Positions 1 to 15,243 of a stretch of DNA of 64,000 nt are shown here, in pieces. The translations under genes were made by a program, and so were the position numbers. This stretch comes from Strigamia acuminata (lineage: Eukaryota). The stretch covers positions 26,102,001-26,166,000 of the forward strand of contig OX442314.1 in assembly GCA_949358305.1 (NCBI GenBank). Direction: 5' to 3'. The notes below the pieces were generated by a model. The model searched no databases. It was not told the origin of the DNA and worked only from the letters and a program-made list of their open reading frames with translations. Every line of letters starts with the position of its first letter. Position 1 is the first letter of the stretch.

Positions 1-337
1 TTTAATTGAGTCAAAATATTTAAAATTTAATTTTTCATAAATTCCCCATCGCCGTAATAGATAAAAATTACTCCGTACTTTTTTATTAAATTTTAGCTCC
101 TGAATATGAAAGGCTTTAAAAACCATTATTTATGCTTAAGCTTGATACCAGTGCTTCTCAAACTATGTAATGTAGTAAACCGGTATATTTTTGTCGCAAT
201 GTGTTATAAAACGTTATTTTTTTGTTCTAATGTCTTACGGACCAGTATCTTTTGTCCAAATGTGTTGCGGACTATACCTCGTTAAAACGGATCGCAAGAA
301 ACCCGAAAAATCGATTCGTTATAACGAAAGTTCGCTA

Positions 338-663
338 TAGTAGAACCTCGATTATCCGGACTAATTGAGAGACATGGGTGTTCATAAAACCGAATTGTTC
401 AAATAATCGAACATTAGGATTATACACGTACTGCACTGCATATAAAAATAAAAAAACAACATTAAAATATTGTTAAAAAGCATTAAAACCGACCAAAAAC
501 TGTCAAAAAAAAACATTAAAAACTGATTAAAAGTATTTGAAAATCGTAAAAACACATTAAAAACCGATTAAAAGTAGGTGAAAATCGTAAAAACACATTA
601 AAAATCGATTAAAAAATCGATAAAAAATCACCTACTGCTTTTCCGATAATCGAGCTTCTACTG
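338..663 (+). mobile_element. Tc1/pogo-type MITE family A; other copies 12901-13057, 25630-~26097, 31585-31805, 46557-46837
   Basis: TIR CAGTAGAACCTCGATTATCCG..CGATAATCGAGCTTCTACTG, TA target duplication, internal ~41-bp tandem repeats. Confidence 0.85.
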
Positions 664-952
664 TATATCAAAATTTTTTAACACGGTGTTCTATGGCCAG
701 CCAACCAACAAAATCCTTATTGTCCCAATGTGTTACGGGCATGCGCAATAAAAATAGTTCCGAGTTCACTCGAATTAAACAACCTTCTGCGAGGGATTAT
801 TCACTACTCGAATAATCCTTGTCAGCCCTGTTTACATGACAGTTGTGCACACCGAATATTCCACCTCACTCGAAATATTGCATGCATGTAAACATAGTAT
901 GTGAAGCGCTGTTTTAAATTTTAAAGACAAACCCCCAAGACAAACCTCTTAC

Positions 953-994
953 CTTTAAAACCCAATGGAGCAAACCTACTTTTAATAACTTCAT
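953..994 (-). CDS. Possible alternative first coding exon (MKLLKVGLLHWVLK)
   Basis: ATG at 994, AAG|GTAAGA donor at 952. Ends in phase 0, like the micro-exon. Confidence 0.35.
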
Positions 995-3900
995 AAGATC
1001 AAATTAAATTTCAAACCTGGAAATGCCTCCCATTTCTTTTTTAATTTTTAAATTTTTAAATTTTTTTTGGAACTTGGCCATCTTTTTTTCATTCAAAAAT
1101 TTCTCTTTCTTCAACTACCTACCTGAAGGTGTTTCACTCATCAAATTACACAAGTCAAGTCTAATTAAAAACGAATTTATATTAATGTACAAAGCTGTTT
1201 TTCATGCAATAAAATATCATTCCTAGCTTCCCCCTCACAACCCACACTTTAAATTTTCAGATGCCTCCCAACTACTAACCTTATGTGGGTGTTCCATTGT
1301 ATTTATGGCTGTACAGGGGGTTTTTAGAAGCCAAAACTACCCGCGCCAAGCTGTGCTGATACTATTTTATGTTATAATAAGTTATACACAACTTGTATCA
1401 CAAACTTTCTTACAACTTTTGTATCCCTAAAAAATATGGATACAAAATAACAAACATTTTTCAAAAAAATAAAAAAAAATAATAATAATAAAAAAAAAAT
1501 GGTCGCCATATTTATTAAAACAGACCTATTTTATTTTTATGCCTATTTTCGTCTTTTTTCTTATTAAAAAATAGGAGAGGGAAAAAAAAAGATATATTTT
1601 CAGTTTGCCAAATGTGTCTCTGGTTTCCTTACATCACAGGTGTGAGTAATAACTGGGAGAAATCATAAAAAAAAGTTGGATGGTTTTGTGACAAGCACGA
1701 AGAGTGTTTTTCAATTTCACTCTTGGGATTAGAGACAGAGAAATGTGGGAGAAAAAAGTGGAGTTGGAGGAAATAAAAATAGAAAAAAAACGAAATTACT
1801 AAATAGAGAAACGGCGAGTAAAATATTATTTAGGATTTATGTATACGCATTTTAAAACGGAGCGACAATTTCAAAATTAAACTAAACTATAAAGCAAACA
1901 CAAAAAGGCGGACTTTAAAAACCAAAAGCCCAATCGTATTTCACTTTTTAGTGCAGCAGTTTTTCAGTTTCCTTTACACCGATCAAATAACCCACAACAA
2001 AGCAAATAAATTGAGTAAACTTGATACATTTGACCTTAAAACATCGTGAACACAAGTCATAAATAGCTGCCCATTAATCCATGGAGATAAATAAAGAGTA
2101 TAGAGAGAGAAACTTGTCAATTGCGTGCGGTACGCCATTTTTTTTCTTTGCTTTTCACAATGCATTGGCAAATCTAAGCATCGACACACATGGACAGCTG
2201 GAGGTTTTGCGGCGCCTCGGAAAAAAATTATTAATGAGAACGCCAAATATTTGCAAAAAAGATTTGTTTTATCGAAAAATCATATAATGTTAAAAAACAT
2301 TAAATACACATAGTTACATACCTCGACAAAGAATTCTATTATCAAATTTTCTTAGATATTTGAAAATGTGAAGCCTCGATCTAAGGCCCGAAAAACCGAC
2401 GGAAAGATTAAAATATTTTGTTATTTTACTTCAATTTTAAAACAAAAATGACATTATTTCCTCTCCTATTTGTCCCCCTAGTGTCTCTGGCACGAACACG
2501 ACCAATAGACCAACAATTGGGTCAAACCTGATCAGTGCATAGTTTTATGTAAAATGCAAATCAAAATTGACATTTTCTCGCGACATCTCGTTCTATTCTC
2601 GCCGATGTGCGTGCAAGTAATCACGACAATGAAATTTCTACTCCTCCTTGTTTACCTCCATGATTAATCTAAAGATTGAATAATGACATTAATGGTGCTA
2701 ATTATCTAACAAAATACAAAACAAATAGTTTTTATACTAAAAAGGCGTTTCGATCTTGCGATCATAATCCATGATTATATGTGTTTTCCAGATTGCCCCC
2801 GTCACACAGGGCAATTGGTCGCCATTTTGTTGAAAACATTAGTTGCATACATTCAGTCCAATCGACTGAGGTGAGTTATCACTAAAGGCTACTTTACATT
2901 GTTTGCAATCACACGAAACTTTTTCGTATATTTGTACATTTAGATTTTAGAATTAGTATATTTAAAATAAATTTAAAAAACAAATTAATAACAAATGAAA
3001 ATGAATAAATTCGAATCATGTTGGCAGCTGTTGTAGCGAGATGTTCCTAAAACCTGTTGCTACTAAAACCCGGTTTAGTTTGATTGAATCAACTTTTTGG
3101 TGTGAACATAACATAATTCCGAGTGAATATTGGAACATATTGGAACATATTGGATCAGATTCCGTCAAACTAAATCCGTTGGTGTAAACAAGGTATTATC
3201 GTTCTACAAGTAGTTGGACCACTTTCTCAGCGAAGTAGCCATGTTATATTAGATTCTTCTCCTTCCACTTTTCTATACCAACAGAAATCTATTCAATTAT
3301 TCTGGCAGAGCAACAAACACAACTACCAAACTGCTTTGCCAAAAAAACCAAATTGCAATAAAACCCTCCCTAAAATCTCATGTAATAAAAAAAGGAAAAA
3401 AAAAAAATGAAGTCAACTTTCAAAGTGTTGAATGGAAAATGAAGACGAGGCAAATTACTGATCTAATACCTTCAGGTTGCCATGCAGATTGTCTGTCCAT
3501 TAGACTAAATCTGCAAATGATGTTTTTCCAGCGCACAATAGGCTCCATGGCTGACATCCTCTCCTGCTTCAAATCTCTCGTTTAATTTAGAGATTTCTCT
3601 TCTTTTGACAGCAGCTCAAAGAGATGTGTTCAAAAAAGGAGATGAGAAAATGGAACAGGTGGTAAATTTCCCAAATGACAAATTTTCCCAATCTCTAATT
3701 CTGTCTTCGCCGAACATCAATGAATAAAAAGAACCAACAAATAAACTCCTTTGTGTGTACTCAAACTAATTATACCGCAAGCTAGCAAAAATGCCTCACT
3801 CTTAAAACAGTTGAATTGCAATTTACTTGTAAAGCCGTACGGTAAAAATAAACCTCGATATAATAGAGAGTTTGCGGGATGCATTTTTCCCTTACAATTA

Positions 3901-6900
3901 AACACTATACGGTATAAAAATAGTGTAAGGGAAAAATGATAAATTTAGTTTTTGCGGGCTGCACTTTTTCGTTATCACTACACTATTTCAGCCAACTACT
4001 GACAGTTAGTAATTTTGGGCCTAAAAATTCAATTTGGGGGCGTAAAGGTGCAAATTTCTGCATAAAATTCCATTATTATGCTTATAACGTATGGTTTTGA
4101 GCCTAAAATTCAATTTTAGGCCTCACTTATCATTCAATCTACGTACCTATGACTGATGTGTTTGATCGGGACAACAAAATAATCGCCATTTGCAATGGGC
4201 GGAGCTAACAATATAGTGTTCTCAATTCTGATTGGCTGCGCTATATTTTAATTTAGTGTTGAAAACGATACACTAAAGATTTTTCCCTTACGATATGGCA
4301 CTAAAATAGTGTAACGTAGAGAAAAATAAGGGAAAAATGCATCCCGCAAACTCTCTATTGAGTTTTTTGTTGTAACGAATACCGTATTTCATCGATTAAG
4401 AGCCGGGGTTCTAATTCAAAACTGCCATTTTTGTCAGCAATAACAATTTCGGTTTTTCGTTTGTTACATTTGTTTAATGTATAAATGCAAAACTATGAAA
4501 GCACCTATAGTTGCACAGCTATTCTGTGTATTGTACATTCTCTACATTACATTTTTTCAAAAAGAACTTATGAGCAGTAATACAAATTAAGCCGTTGTTG
4601 GGAAATCCATACAAATGCTGCCAACAGTAATTGTCCATCTGGCACAGCTATGCATTATAGATATCATCACATATCTACCAATAATTGTTTTTCCCTCCCC
4701 CAACAACTATTTGCTACTGGTATTCGTGTCAATTTCGTTGATTAATCCATAAAAAAAATCTGCTTCCAGTAATAGATTCACTAAATCCAAGCTAAAATAA
4801 TTGATTTTAGATAATAATGTAATATAAATTTAATTTTGCTTCGCATGTTTATTTCTATTCCTTACAAATTGAACAAAACATGATTCTTGCATAAGCTGCA
4901 CTGAACAGCTTCATAAAAACATGAAAACCCAAGAATTATATTATTTTCAAGCCGCTTTAATACAATAACAAAATAAATAAATAAAAAAAAAAAAAAAAAA
5001 AAAGCTACATTACTCCCAAGTCACATCCAATTTAAAACTTCACTTTAAAATGCACATAACTTACGCCAACCGAGATTTAATCATTCAATACATACGTTAA
5101 AGTCTTCACGGATCCACTATCTAAATGAGTGCAGGCCAAAATAAACTTTTTTAAAGCTCACATCAAGTGAATGTCCATTTCAATTTTGTCAACTCTGGCA
5201 ACTGGAGAATTGTTGTTCCAAACATTTCCCACTTAATTTAGTGTTGTTGTTATTAAGTTAAGTTATTGACCAAACCCATAAAACCAATAATAAAATGTAC
5301 AGCGCTGCACCATACAGCTCCTTTAAAATGATGTATGGGAACTGCAAAAACCAGATTAAAAGGCAGATAAAATGAAGCAAGATGGTTGTGGCTTGTGATA
5401 GTCCAATTTTGTCCACCGGCGACACTTCACTGCAATGCCACAAAAAAAAACATGCACTTCCAATTCTTCCATGCCCAAGTATATAGTAAATCAATAGATG
5501 CGTTCGATTTGTAAAAGGAAAAGTCACTTCTCCTTTTCTTCCTTTTTAAGTCACTTATCAATGAACGCATTAATTTGACAACCCAATGTGTAAACATCGG
5601 TTAATATCCAAAATGTCTAGACTGAAAGAAAAAGACACAAATGCACACTTCTGTAAGGAAGATCAGGTCAATAGATGCCTTATGTATACAGTCTTCGACA
5701 AAATGATAAGCGAACCCCATTTTTTCATCACTTCTCTGCAATGCGCGCGTGTAGAAAGTTGAAATTTAAATCAATAGTGCAAAATTGCGATACAAACAAA
5801 CACTGAAACGTTGTGGGGCAATTGAGAAACAAACACAAAATTTATTACAAAAAAATAAAAATACGGGTGCGACAAAATGAGAGTTTTAATGAAATGTTCG
5901 TCACTTCCGTCTTCTACGAGAACAATAAAGTCACTCCTCGTGATTGGATCCACCAAATTGACAACTTTTCTCTATCTCTCAGTTTGAAGTTGATTGAAAC
6001 AGATCCCAACTTCAAAGGTCACTTTTCCACCAAATTTCCCATCCACTAAAAAAAAAAAAATTTAAAAAAAAAAAAAAACATTTTGATAAAATTTGTTCAA
6101 AATAATGCAACCTCATCTCCCATCACACAAAACGCAATACAAATTCCTTCCACACATTGTCAGCAAACCTGCCAATAATACAATAACAACAAACCCATCC
6201 ATTTCTCCACCTATTACTCATCCCTTTCCATATTCAACTCGTGTTAAAATTCAAAAACCATTTCACAAACCATTTTTTCCCCTTCACTTCTCTTCATTTT
6301 TTCATTCATGCGACATTCCAAAGATCATAAACTTATTGAAATCAAAAGGCTGTCACATTTGTAAAAAAGAAAAAAAAAAAAAAACCAAAGATAAAAAGAA
6401 ATGAGGAAAGAAAAAAAAAAAAAGATGAGGGAAAGGGTGAGGGGTGTTGGGTGTGTAGAAGAAAGAAAAAGAGAGAGAAAGAGAGCGAGGGAGAAAATGC
6501 GTCTCATTTTCGATGCAAACGACACGACCCGCGTTAAGCCTTTTGCAGTCACGTCTCGTTACCCAACAACCCTCCTCGAGACCCCCATCACCCCTTTCAA
6601 ATACTGACATTATGATTCCTCCAATTGATGATAATGGAGTGGAACTCGAGTGATCACAGTCCGTTTCCAATTACGAGAGCCGAAAAAGAGACCGAATCAA
6701 ATTCCCGCGACCAACACGTGTTCGACATCAAAAACCCATCAATTAAGAAACCTCCCCCTGCATCATCCCACGAATGATCGGCAAAAATATTGAATATAAA
6801 TGGCTTTTCTTCCTCGCCCTTTTTATTTCAATCTAACCTTTCCATTTGCTAAGTAAATATCGGGCTAGAAATTAGTTTGATGCGCGTTTCTAATAACCAC

Positions 6901-9434
6901 TGATCCGTTCACTTCACCGTTAACTAAAAGCGGTGAAAGGCGGCTCTTTTTAAGAGGTGCAGATCAATGAGAATGAATTCCTCAAACGGTGAATTACATT
7001 AGTTGAAATTCTTAGAGAATTTTGCAACTTCGGTAAAAGAAATTTTAACGGTGCAATTTGGCCCGGAATTATTCTGTCCTCCACAACAAAGCATTTCAAT
7101 TTCCAAGACGGGAAATAGGTAATGAGTTGTTCTTACTTCTTCAGACAATACAGAATAAAAGATGTAATAAAATAGCCTCTTAAAGAACAACGTAAATGGC
7201 TCTCGAAAATTCATTTAGCCACGTTTATCTTCTTTAAACCAGACCAAACGCCTATTTTAGACATCTAACTGCAATATATAGACATTTAAAAAGCTCTCGA
7301 TGCAATCATCAAGTCATTTAAACTAAACAACTGTTTTAAACAACCATCTATACTCGAGTTGCACTCAAAAAGGCACCTCACAATGTGTACTCCCATTGGT
7401 CGAGCCAGTTTACTACTAACTCCAGACCTGTATACTACTACTAGAAGAAGTAGTTTTGTTTTTTATTTATTGTTGTGATTGTTATGACTAATTTAGTTTA
7501 TGTTATTTTGATTTTATTTAATAAAAAATGTTATTTCCATCATTAAAATGAAGTTTTACACATTAAAAAATGTCAAACTCATGTTTGTTGTGTTTATTGC
7601 TTACATCGTCTGAAAGTTTGAATTTTAAGCCGTTGCCTAGGCAATAGATTGCAATGTCTGTACATTGTAATGCAATTCTGGTGTTTGGGTCTATATAATT
7701 ATACTTATAAAATAAATAATTAATATAGTTTAATTTAATAAATAGGAGAGCAAATGATGTCATTTTTGTTTTAAAATTGAAGTAAAACACAAAATATTTT
7801 AATTTTTGAACGCATTAGTGCTTCGTGCGATTCCTGTGTAACATTTTCAAATTGAAAAATCCGAACATTCATGTAAAAAGCAAAACAAACAAGGAAAACA
7901 CTTTTAGATATATCAGCAACAGTGATTTTTATTTTGTATTTTTATCTTCCAAAATCTCATGTTTTTGGACTCGTATCAACAATAAACTCGAAATTCAATT
8001 TGAAATCCACATCAAAATAGGATTTATTAAAAATAAAAACGACAATCATACAGGCCTTGTTTTGACGGATATGAGAATTCTGGGCGGCTATAAATGACAA
8101 AATAGCGGATATTCGAACAACATTCGAACACAACCTACAAATTTACCGTAATCGCTCCAATAGAACGCGGGATTCCCATTCAACGCGATATCTATAACAA
8201 TGCGGGTCTAAACTGACCAAAACAACCGAAGTCCACATCTAAATTGAACAAACGACTAAAATAAATGTCTAAAATTGATCAAAAACGCGGAAAAAATCTA
8301 CGTTTTCTCAATAAAACACCCGCATTCTATTAGAGTATTTAAAATACACTTATTTTTCTAAATATGAAAATATTTTTATCTTAATTTCAAGTTAAATTCA
8401 GTTCTATCCCTTATTTCATCAGCTGGCGAATTGAATTTCAATGCTTCATTTAAAGCTTTTCTGCCTCTCTAGTTTTCCTCACATAACCAATGAACTAAAT
8501 TTAAAAAACAAACTTAATAGTGCCAACAAAAAATAATCAACTTATATAAGCAGTTAGTAAACTCTTTAGCCGTAAAAACCAAGTGAAAATCAATGCAAAG
8601 AATGTGAGTAGCTTTCTGAATTTAATTAATCTCACATAGCACGTGCCAAAGTCACAATCAAATTCCAACTCATCTGTTTTATTTCTTAGGCAAAGAAAAT
8701 GGAGAGAAGAGAGAGAAAGAGAGAGAGCGAGAGCGAGAACTTAAAGAAGATGAAAAAATTTTAAAACAAAATTCCTCAGACAGAGTCAAGACAGACATTC
8801 CTAATTTAGCACATAAACCAGAAGGAAAAAAGAGTGGTTTGCAGAAAACGTACAAGTAAAGGCTTCACATCCTCTCCCTTAAGTCTCATCTCATATAATT
8901 CAAAAGAAAAATAACGCCCCAAACTCCCACAGGAAATTAACAAAAATTATCAATTAATTTTAGCAAAACTCATTCATAACTAAACTCACTGCCACCAGGG
9001 AATAGTGGAAAAAAGTTGGTGATTCTAAATCCATTCAGATGAGCTGGAGCAACATTGATTAGATACTGGACCAGTTTCATCACCAAGTTTGTCCAACTAC
9101 TTTTTCATTATAATCACTGGGTGCATTTAAATTGGTGAAGCAAACATTTAAAGTTTGCTTAAATGACTAAAATATAAGTCACTGACTTATTACTGAATGC
9201 TCCTACTTAAATTCTATTACTACTAATGCGCATGCTTGTGCACAGCTGAGATCTGAATGAGTTCAAGTGAGCATGCGCAATGAATAGCATCATTGCTGCT
9301 AGAGGAAAGTTAAAGAGAATAAGTGGCACAACCACTTGCTAAAAGAATAAATGGGCTAACCTAAGTAAAATATGATGTGGAAACGCGAGAATACAGCTTA
9401 ACCAATGAAGAATTTTAGTCACACGCACATATCT

Positions 9435-9804
9435 AGGACGATCAACTACAGGACTTCACATCTAGCACAAAATGACGTTATTTTGCGGGCAAATGGCGGA
9501 CAACTGACATGACATCCCGCATTTGCATTTTTAGCGGACATTTATATTTTATGTTTAAGTTAAAAATAATATCTGAAAATTATTTACTACATTTTTAGGT
9601 ATTATTTTTAAATCTAACGTTAAATAAAATTGAACTACGTTATAACATCCGCCAAAAATGTAAATGCGAGATGTCAATTGTCCGCCATTTGCCCACAAAA
9701 AAGTTTTAACATTGCAACGACAGATGGCTCCTTCTTCGCATTTGTACGGGACAACTTAGATTACAAAAAAATGGCGGATGTGAAGTCCTGCAGTTGATCG
9801 TCCT
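9435..9804. mobile_element. Foldback MITE with nested inverted repeats
   Basis: AGGACGATCAACT.CAGGACTTCACATC TIR plus an inner TTTG.GGGCAAATGGCGGACAA inverted pair. Confidence 0.75.
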
Positions 9805-11019
9805 CGCTTCGATGAAGTGGTGAATTGCAAATGGCATCGATGTGAAGTGACATACCTTACGTGACGTACATAGTGGAAAACTACCAGACTGCTACCGTAC
9901 AGTCGAACCTTATAACAAACCGCAATATAACGAATTATATTACAGCTTAGGCAATAAATGTTGTTAACTATAGGCTTGTCCAATTATTAAAGTATTAAAA
10001 TACTTTAAAGAAAAAATACCAGGTGGAGGGCTTGACCTCTACTTTTGTTATGACAAATACTTAAAAATGACGTGGTTGGTTAATTGGCCATAGAACACCA
10101 TGTTAAAAAATTCTGATGTAACGACCTTTCGTTATAACGAAAATGAACCGATTTCTTGGGTCCCTTGCGATTCGTTATAAGCTTAACACGGGTTTTACCT
10201 GAACCATTTCTTGATAAATAAACACATGCTTCGTATTTCCATTTTCTTTTAATAACCTCACCCGATCCCGTCTGTAACCACCTTTAATAGAATGAGGAGC
10301 GTATGCCTTTATTGCAGTCAAATATTAACAATATTACCACACCATGCCTTCCAGCAAAAAAAGAAAATATTAAAATATTTAATTGAATAATAAATTTTTA
10401 TTTCACGTTGTAGCTCCCATGCACAGCTAGGTATAGTACAATGTCACCATACAAAAATCAATATTGGTGTTCAAAAACTGCCACGCACTTCGATTCGAAC
10501 CTCATTAAAACCCACAGAATTGTCATTCCGAATTCAATGTTCGTATATTTTCAGCAAAAAATTCACCACGAAGTAAAACAACAACCACTTACTTAGTGTC
10601 CAAAAAAATTGTATAACCCTATTTGACCCTGCACCTTTACTCCATTGGAGTGTTCAATAAAATAATAATAATAATAATAATAATAAAATTTGGATATTTG
10701 GCTGACCGGAATAAATAAATATAAATTTACATTCAAAATTTGTAGTTTAAACAAGCATTTTAACTGTTTAAACACGTCGTTTAGTCTAAATGACTCTTCA
10801 AATGCAGCTAGTTTTGTTCTAGTTCCGCACAAATAACCCTGGAAACACCTGCAATTACAAATTAAAAACCAAACGCCTGCAAACCCATTATCACCATCAT
10901 AACCCACAATTAAGAATCAATCAATTGCAACAATCGATCCATTACTAACTGTCATGATCAAGATAATAAACATAAATATAAAATCTGAACATAAGAATGT
11001 ATTGTAAATGATAAATAAT

Positions 11020-11566
11020 AGTGAGTTTGCGGTTGCCAATTGTTCCTTATAATTATGAGTTACAAGCTCATAATTATAATTATAATTCCTTCTTGAAATA
11101 GGCACTTGCGGTACAATAAACATTTTATAAATTATACTTATAAATACCATGTGAACAGTACAAATCTCTTGCATGTAATGGTAGAACAAATCCATATGCA
11201 AAAGAAAATGAAAATCTGTAGTTTTACTAATTTGACAGTTTTCAGACATGAAATTGTCTTCCAGTTCATTTATTTGCTTACCTGGAATGATTTTAGTTGT
11301 TTCTATCCTTCGATGGCAGAAAGAAATTGTGATTGAGGCTGATTGTTGAAACAGGTCAGGCAGCCATTTTGAATTTCTATTAGCACCATCAGCGCCATTT
11401 GCAATAGTGGGAGGAGCTTAAAATAGTGTTAAGCGATCTGATTGGCTCCCTTATTTTACAAAATAGTGTAAAAATTGAGGAGTTACGTTATGTTATAAGT
11501 CCAATTTTATAATTATGAGCTTGTAACTCATAATTATAAGGAACAATTGGCAACCGCAAACTCACT
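11020..11566. mobile_element. MITE with ~60-bp TIR (Harbinger/ISL2EU-like); relative at 3865-4356
   Basis: AGTGAGTTTGCGGTTGCC..TAATTATAA inverted at both ends with AAT flanks. Shares an internal CGCCATTTGCAAT..GGAGCT..CTGATTGGCT block with 3865-4356. Confidence 0.8.
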
Positions 11567-11574
11567 AATGTAAA

Positions 11575-12203
11575 GCTAGGTTCACACTAATGTTCACACT
11601 ATACTCAAAACCACCACAACGTTGACCTATTCCAGCCGGTTTACGCCTTACTGTGTACGGTGTTCTACTACGTGGAAAAGTAGTTCTATTCCTTTGACAA
11701 TGAAACACTTTTGTTGATCGATCACAATGTCTGGAGTTCTTTACAAATATGGTGTTATGAGCTACTTTTTTGTGCCACTACACCAGTGATACGGCTCGAA
11801 CAATAGGTCAACGTTGTGGTGGTTTTGAGTATAGACGCAACGCAAGAAAACTGACGCAATGCAAGCTGCTTGCGTCCAAAAATTCTTGATGTTGACGCCA
11901 ATTCCTTCTTCAACTCAAAGTTTAAGTAAGCGACGCAACGCAAGGAAAGGTCTTGCGGCCAACCAACTACGATCGACTCCAACTCTCGTCGATTCACGTC
12001 TGGTTAGCGAGACTTTGCCACATGCAAACAGGCCGCCATTTTCGGATTCTGGAACTAGCTCTAGAACTAGATCCAATTCCAGGTCTCGTTGAAACCATCT
12101 GATTGGCCAGACGCAACATCAATTGTTTCAGCTCTGTTCAAACGTGCCCTACAGTGTGAACAGACTCTGTGTTGCGTCTAGTGTGAACACAAGTGCGAAC
12201 CTA
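11575..12203. mobile_element. Harbinger-like MITE (AGGTTCACACT termini) with nested TA-flanked MITE 11602-11831; partial copy 29394-29620
   Basis: Terminal inverted TAGGTTCACACT/AGTGCGAACCTA; the nested element has a ~30-bp perfect TIR. Confidence 0.7.
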
Positions 12204-15200
12204 TAATGTATATGTAACATCTCTCGAGCGGACGACATGATGTAAGATTAATTCCAAATATCGAAGCAACGTAAAAAGCGTACAAAATTGACACTTTAAA
12301 ATGCATGTAAACAACGAATCGATCAAGCTGAAATAAACACCGCAATTTCTGTTGTTTTGATCTATTTGGAGTTTATTGAAAACGTAACAATAATAACGAG
12401 TCCAACCTTTATTCCCATCCAGTAAATGGCTCACTTTTAGCTATAACCCCAAACCGCACAATGGATAGTAGCAACCCTGGGTCTTGTAAAGTGGCAATCT
12501 TCCAGCTGGTTTGACCATCTCTGCGCTTCTCTCCCCTGTCTCGTGACAGACGCGCGTCTCCCGCCCCTCCATTTCAAGGCGGGCACATCAAAAGTAAGTT
12601 GATGTGCCATATCAGTCTGTGGTGCCTTCTCTGTCTCTCTCATGACCCCGAGAAAAACACGGGAAACGGCATCACCCACAAAAGGGGCATTTTTATGAAT
12701 TTTTCATCGTCTTCGAATGGAGTAGAAAGCCTTCGCGACATATTTCATCATCTCACAAACCAAGGAGGATTCAATGAAACGCTCCAGGAAAGCGGAAATT
12801 CCGTCCAATAAAAAAAAAATAAGAGGAAAAAAAAAAAAACCTGAACTTTCATTTTAATGTTATTGGCAAATTTGAAGCAAAATAAAAATTGTATCGTATT
12901 CAGTAAAATGACGATTATCCGAACCAATTGGGAGATAGATGTTCATCGAACCGATTTATTCGCATAATTGGACATTAGGTTTATTTATATACTGAATATG
13001 TAAATAAAAAAATTAAAAATTAATCCCAATATCGTTGGGATAATCGGCGTTCTACTGTATTTTAATTCTGTACATCTGGTACACACTTATTGGGGATCTA
13101 TGTCTTCATTTTGGGTTTGTCCTTAGGGGAGAATTGTACTCTGCAATGTGCATATAGCTGGTGGGTCATCATTCATCGTAGTGGGTTCGAAATTCGAATC
13201 AATGTTCAATACAAAAGATCCGTTTCTATCTTTGGCCTTTATGAAAAGTATAGAATAAACTTCTATTTTTATTGACTGGGTTGAATGCACATATTGATTT
13301 GACAATATGCGTAGAATAAAATTTATCATCATTTCCTATACTTCCTCGATGAAATGAATTGCAAAACATCAATTCAATTTACCCCGCGAACAAAGAGAAA
13401 TAATAGGAACAAACAAGCCCCAGAAATTCGCTTTTTTCCTCCAGAATAAAATTAAAAAGTAGTTAAATTTACAACCTTGACATCAATAAAGTCTCTGCCA
13501 CACACCCGTGACCATCTTTAATCCCCACTGGTTTATACATTTAAATACAGTATACTCTGGCTCACTACAAGAGTATACCTTTTTCCCATTGGCCAAGCCT
13601 GATTACTCTTAACTGTTGACTTTGTTGACTTTGTTCAACCACCAGAAAAAGTAGTTTTGTTCTGTTTTTAATTTGTTTGATTATTATAATAGTTGAAATG
13701 ATGTTTTTTTTATAATAGATTGTTTTTTAAATTCTTAAAACAATGTTTTATGGTGTTCCTATTTCAAAATGTATTTCAACAAGTGTTTTGATCTATTTTT
13801 TGGTATCACTGCACAAGTGAAATGGCTCGAGCTAGAGTATAGAACCTACTTAAACTAAGAAACTACATTTAAGCAAAAAAGTGGAAAAATTCTGTAAAAC
13901 TACAGTCTGGATGCCAAATTCAAACATTAAATTACATTTTTTGCAAGAATAGTGCCACTACCTGTTATTATTTCTAAAAATCATGTATTTGTTGCGTTTA
14001 TGTGTGCGCAGACAGTTTGATTTAATATCAATACAAAAAAGACTACACACCGAAAACTAAATTTTAAATTTTACGACTCATTTATTCTAAAATTATTTGT
14101 CTCCAATCTTGACAGCTTAAAATAAGATCAAGAGACTTCAACAAGTCGAAGTATCCATGTCCAGTCCAGAGAGCTGTCCAGTCAAGAGGACGCCGAAAGA
14201 ATAGAAAAGTCAATTGGGACTGGGCTGGAGGGTTTGTCCGATCTCCAGGGTGTGTGGTTCAATGTAGCGAGTAACAAATAAGTATAGAAGGTCAGAGTTG
14301 TCCAAACCATCCTAAATGTGGCATTTGTTCGAGTCTCGCAACTTTTAATTCGAATGCATTAAAAGATGCAACCTATCTCGGTAGAACCTCCACTTGTGAC
14401 AATGCGATTTGATATCGCAATTTAAACCGTTATTCCGCAAGACCACTTAAGACATAACGCAACCACTGAGGTAGACTGATTACACGTGTCTGAGAAAACC
14501 CCATTGTAGGCAGAAAATGTGAACCAGGATACTTTTACATAACAATAGATATTTTAAACCAATTCTCCTGTCACCGTTTGCCTACTCACCAAAAATGTTC
14601 TATTTGTCACATAATGTCATCACAGGGTAACATGTACCTGACCTTTAACTTCCACATCTGCCAAATTATGAACAATAATAATAAAAAAAAAGGTAAAAAA
14701 AATCACTCCTTCATTCATTTTCCAAGGCACGTTTTCCCAATTTAACCTGTCAATCAAACGACACTTGCCAAGCAACTCTTTCTCAAAATATTCTCTAAAT
14801 TCAGGCAATAAAAATGTGACGAGTAAAAAGCTCACGTAATAGAAAACAATCCCCCTACCCTAAAACAAAATAAGATAAAAAATATATATAGATAAGAATA
14901 AAAAAAATGGAAAAAAAATATATTCAGCTTCCAAAACTCAACTTTTGGCACTCATCCAAGATGGCAGCCAGCACTGATGTTACGGAACACACACACCGAT
15001 GGAAAATAACATCCACCCTTCATATTTATATACAATATTACACCGTGTTTTTGAATTTTTATAGAAAAAAAATAAAAATATGAGATAAAAAAAATTGCAT
15101 AAAAATTGTAATGTTACAATTCTAATCTAATTTAACTTTTAAATTAGATCTTAATTTGAAGCTCTTCTATCATTAAGAGTAGAATAAAAAATTAGGAAAA

Positions 15201-15227
15201 AATATTTTAAAAAAAATTTTTTCTTAC

Positions 15228-15243
15228 CTTAGTGCCAGTATCT
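15228..15243 (-). CDS. 16-nt micro-exon AGATACTGGCACTAAG
   Basis: Long pyrimidine tract plus TGCAG acceptor, and an AAG|GTAAGA donor. Joins the 48955 exon in frame to give MNGDTGTK. Confidence 0.6.

Noticed and set aside
6050..6560. GA-rich and poly-A region with several short ORFs, possible extra promoter
   Set aside because: Low-complexity ORFs; no clear donor or initiator could be assigned.
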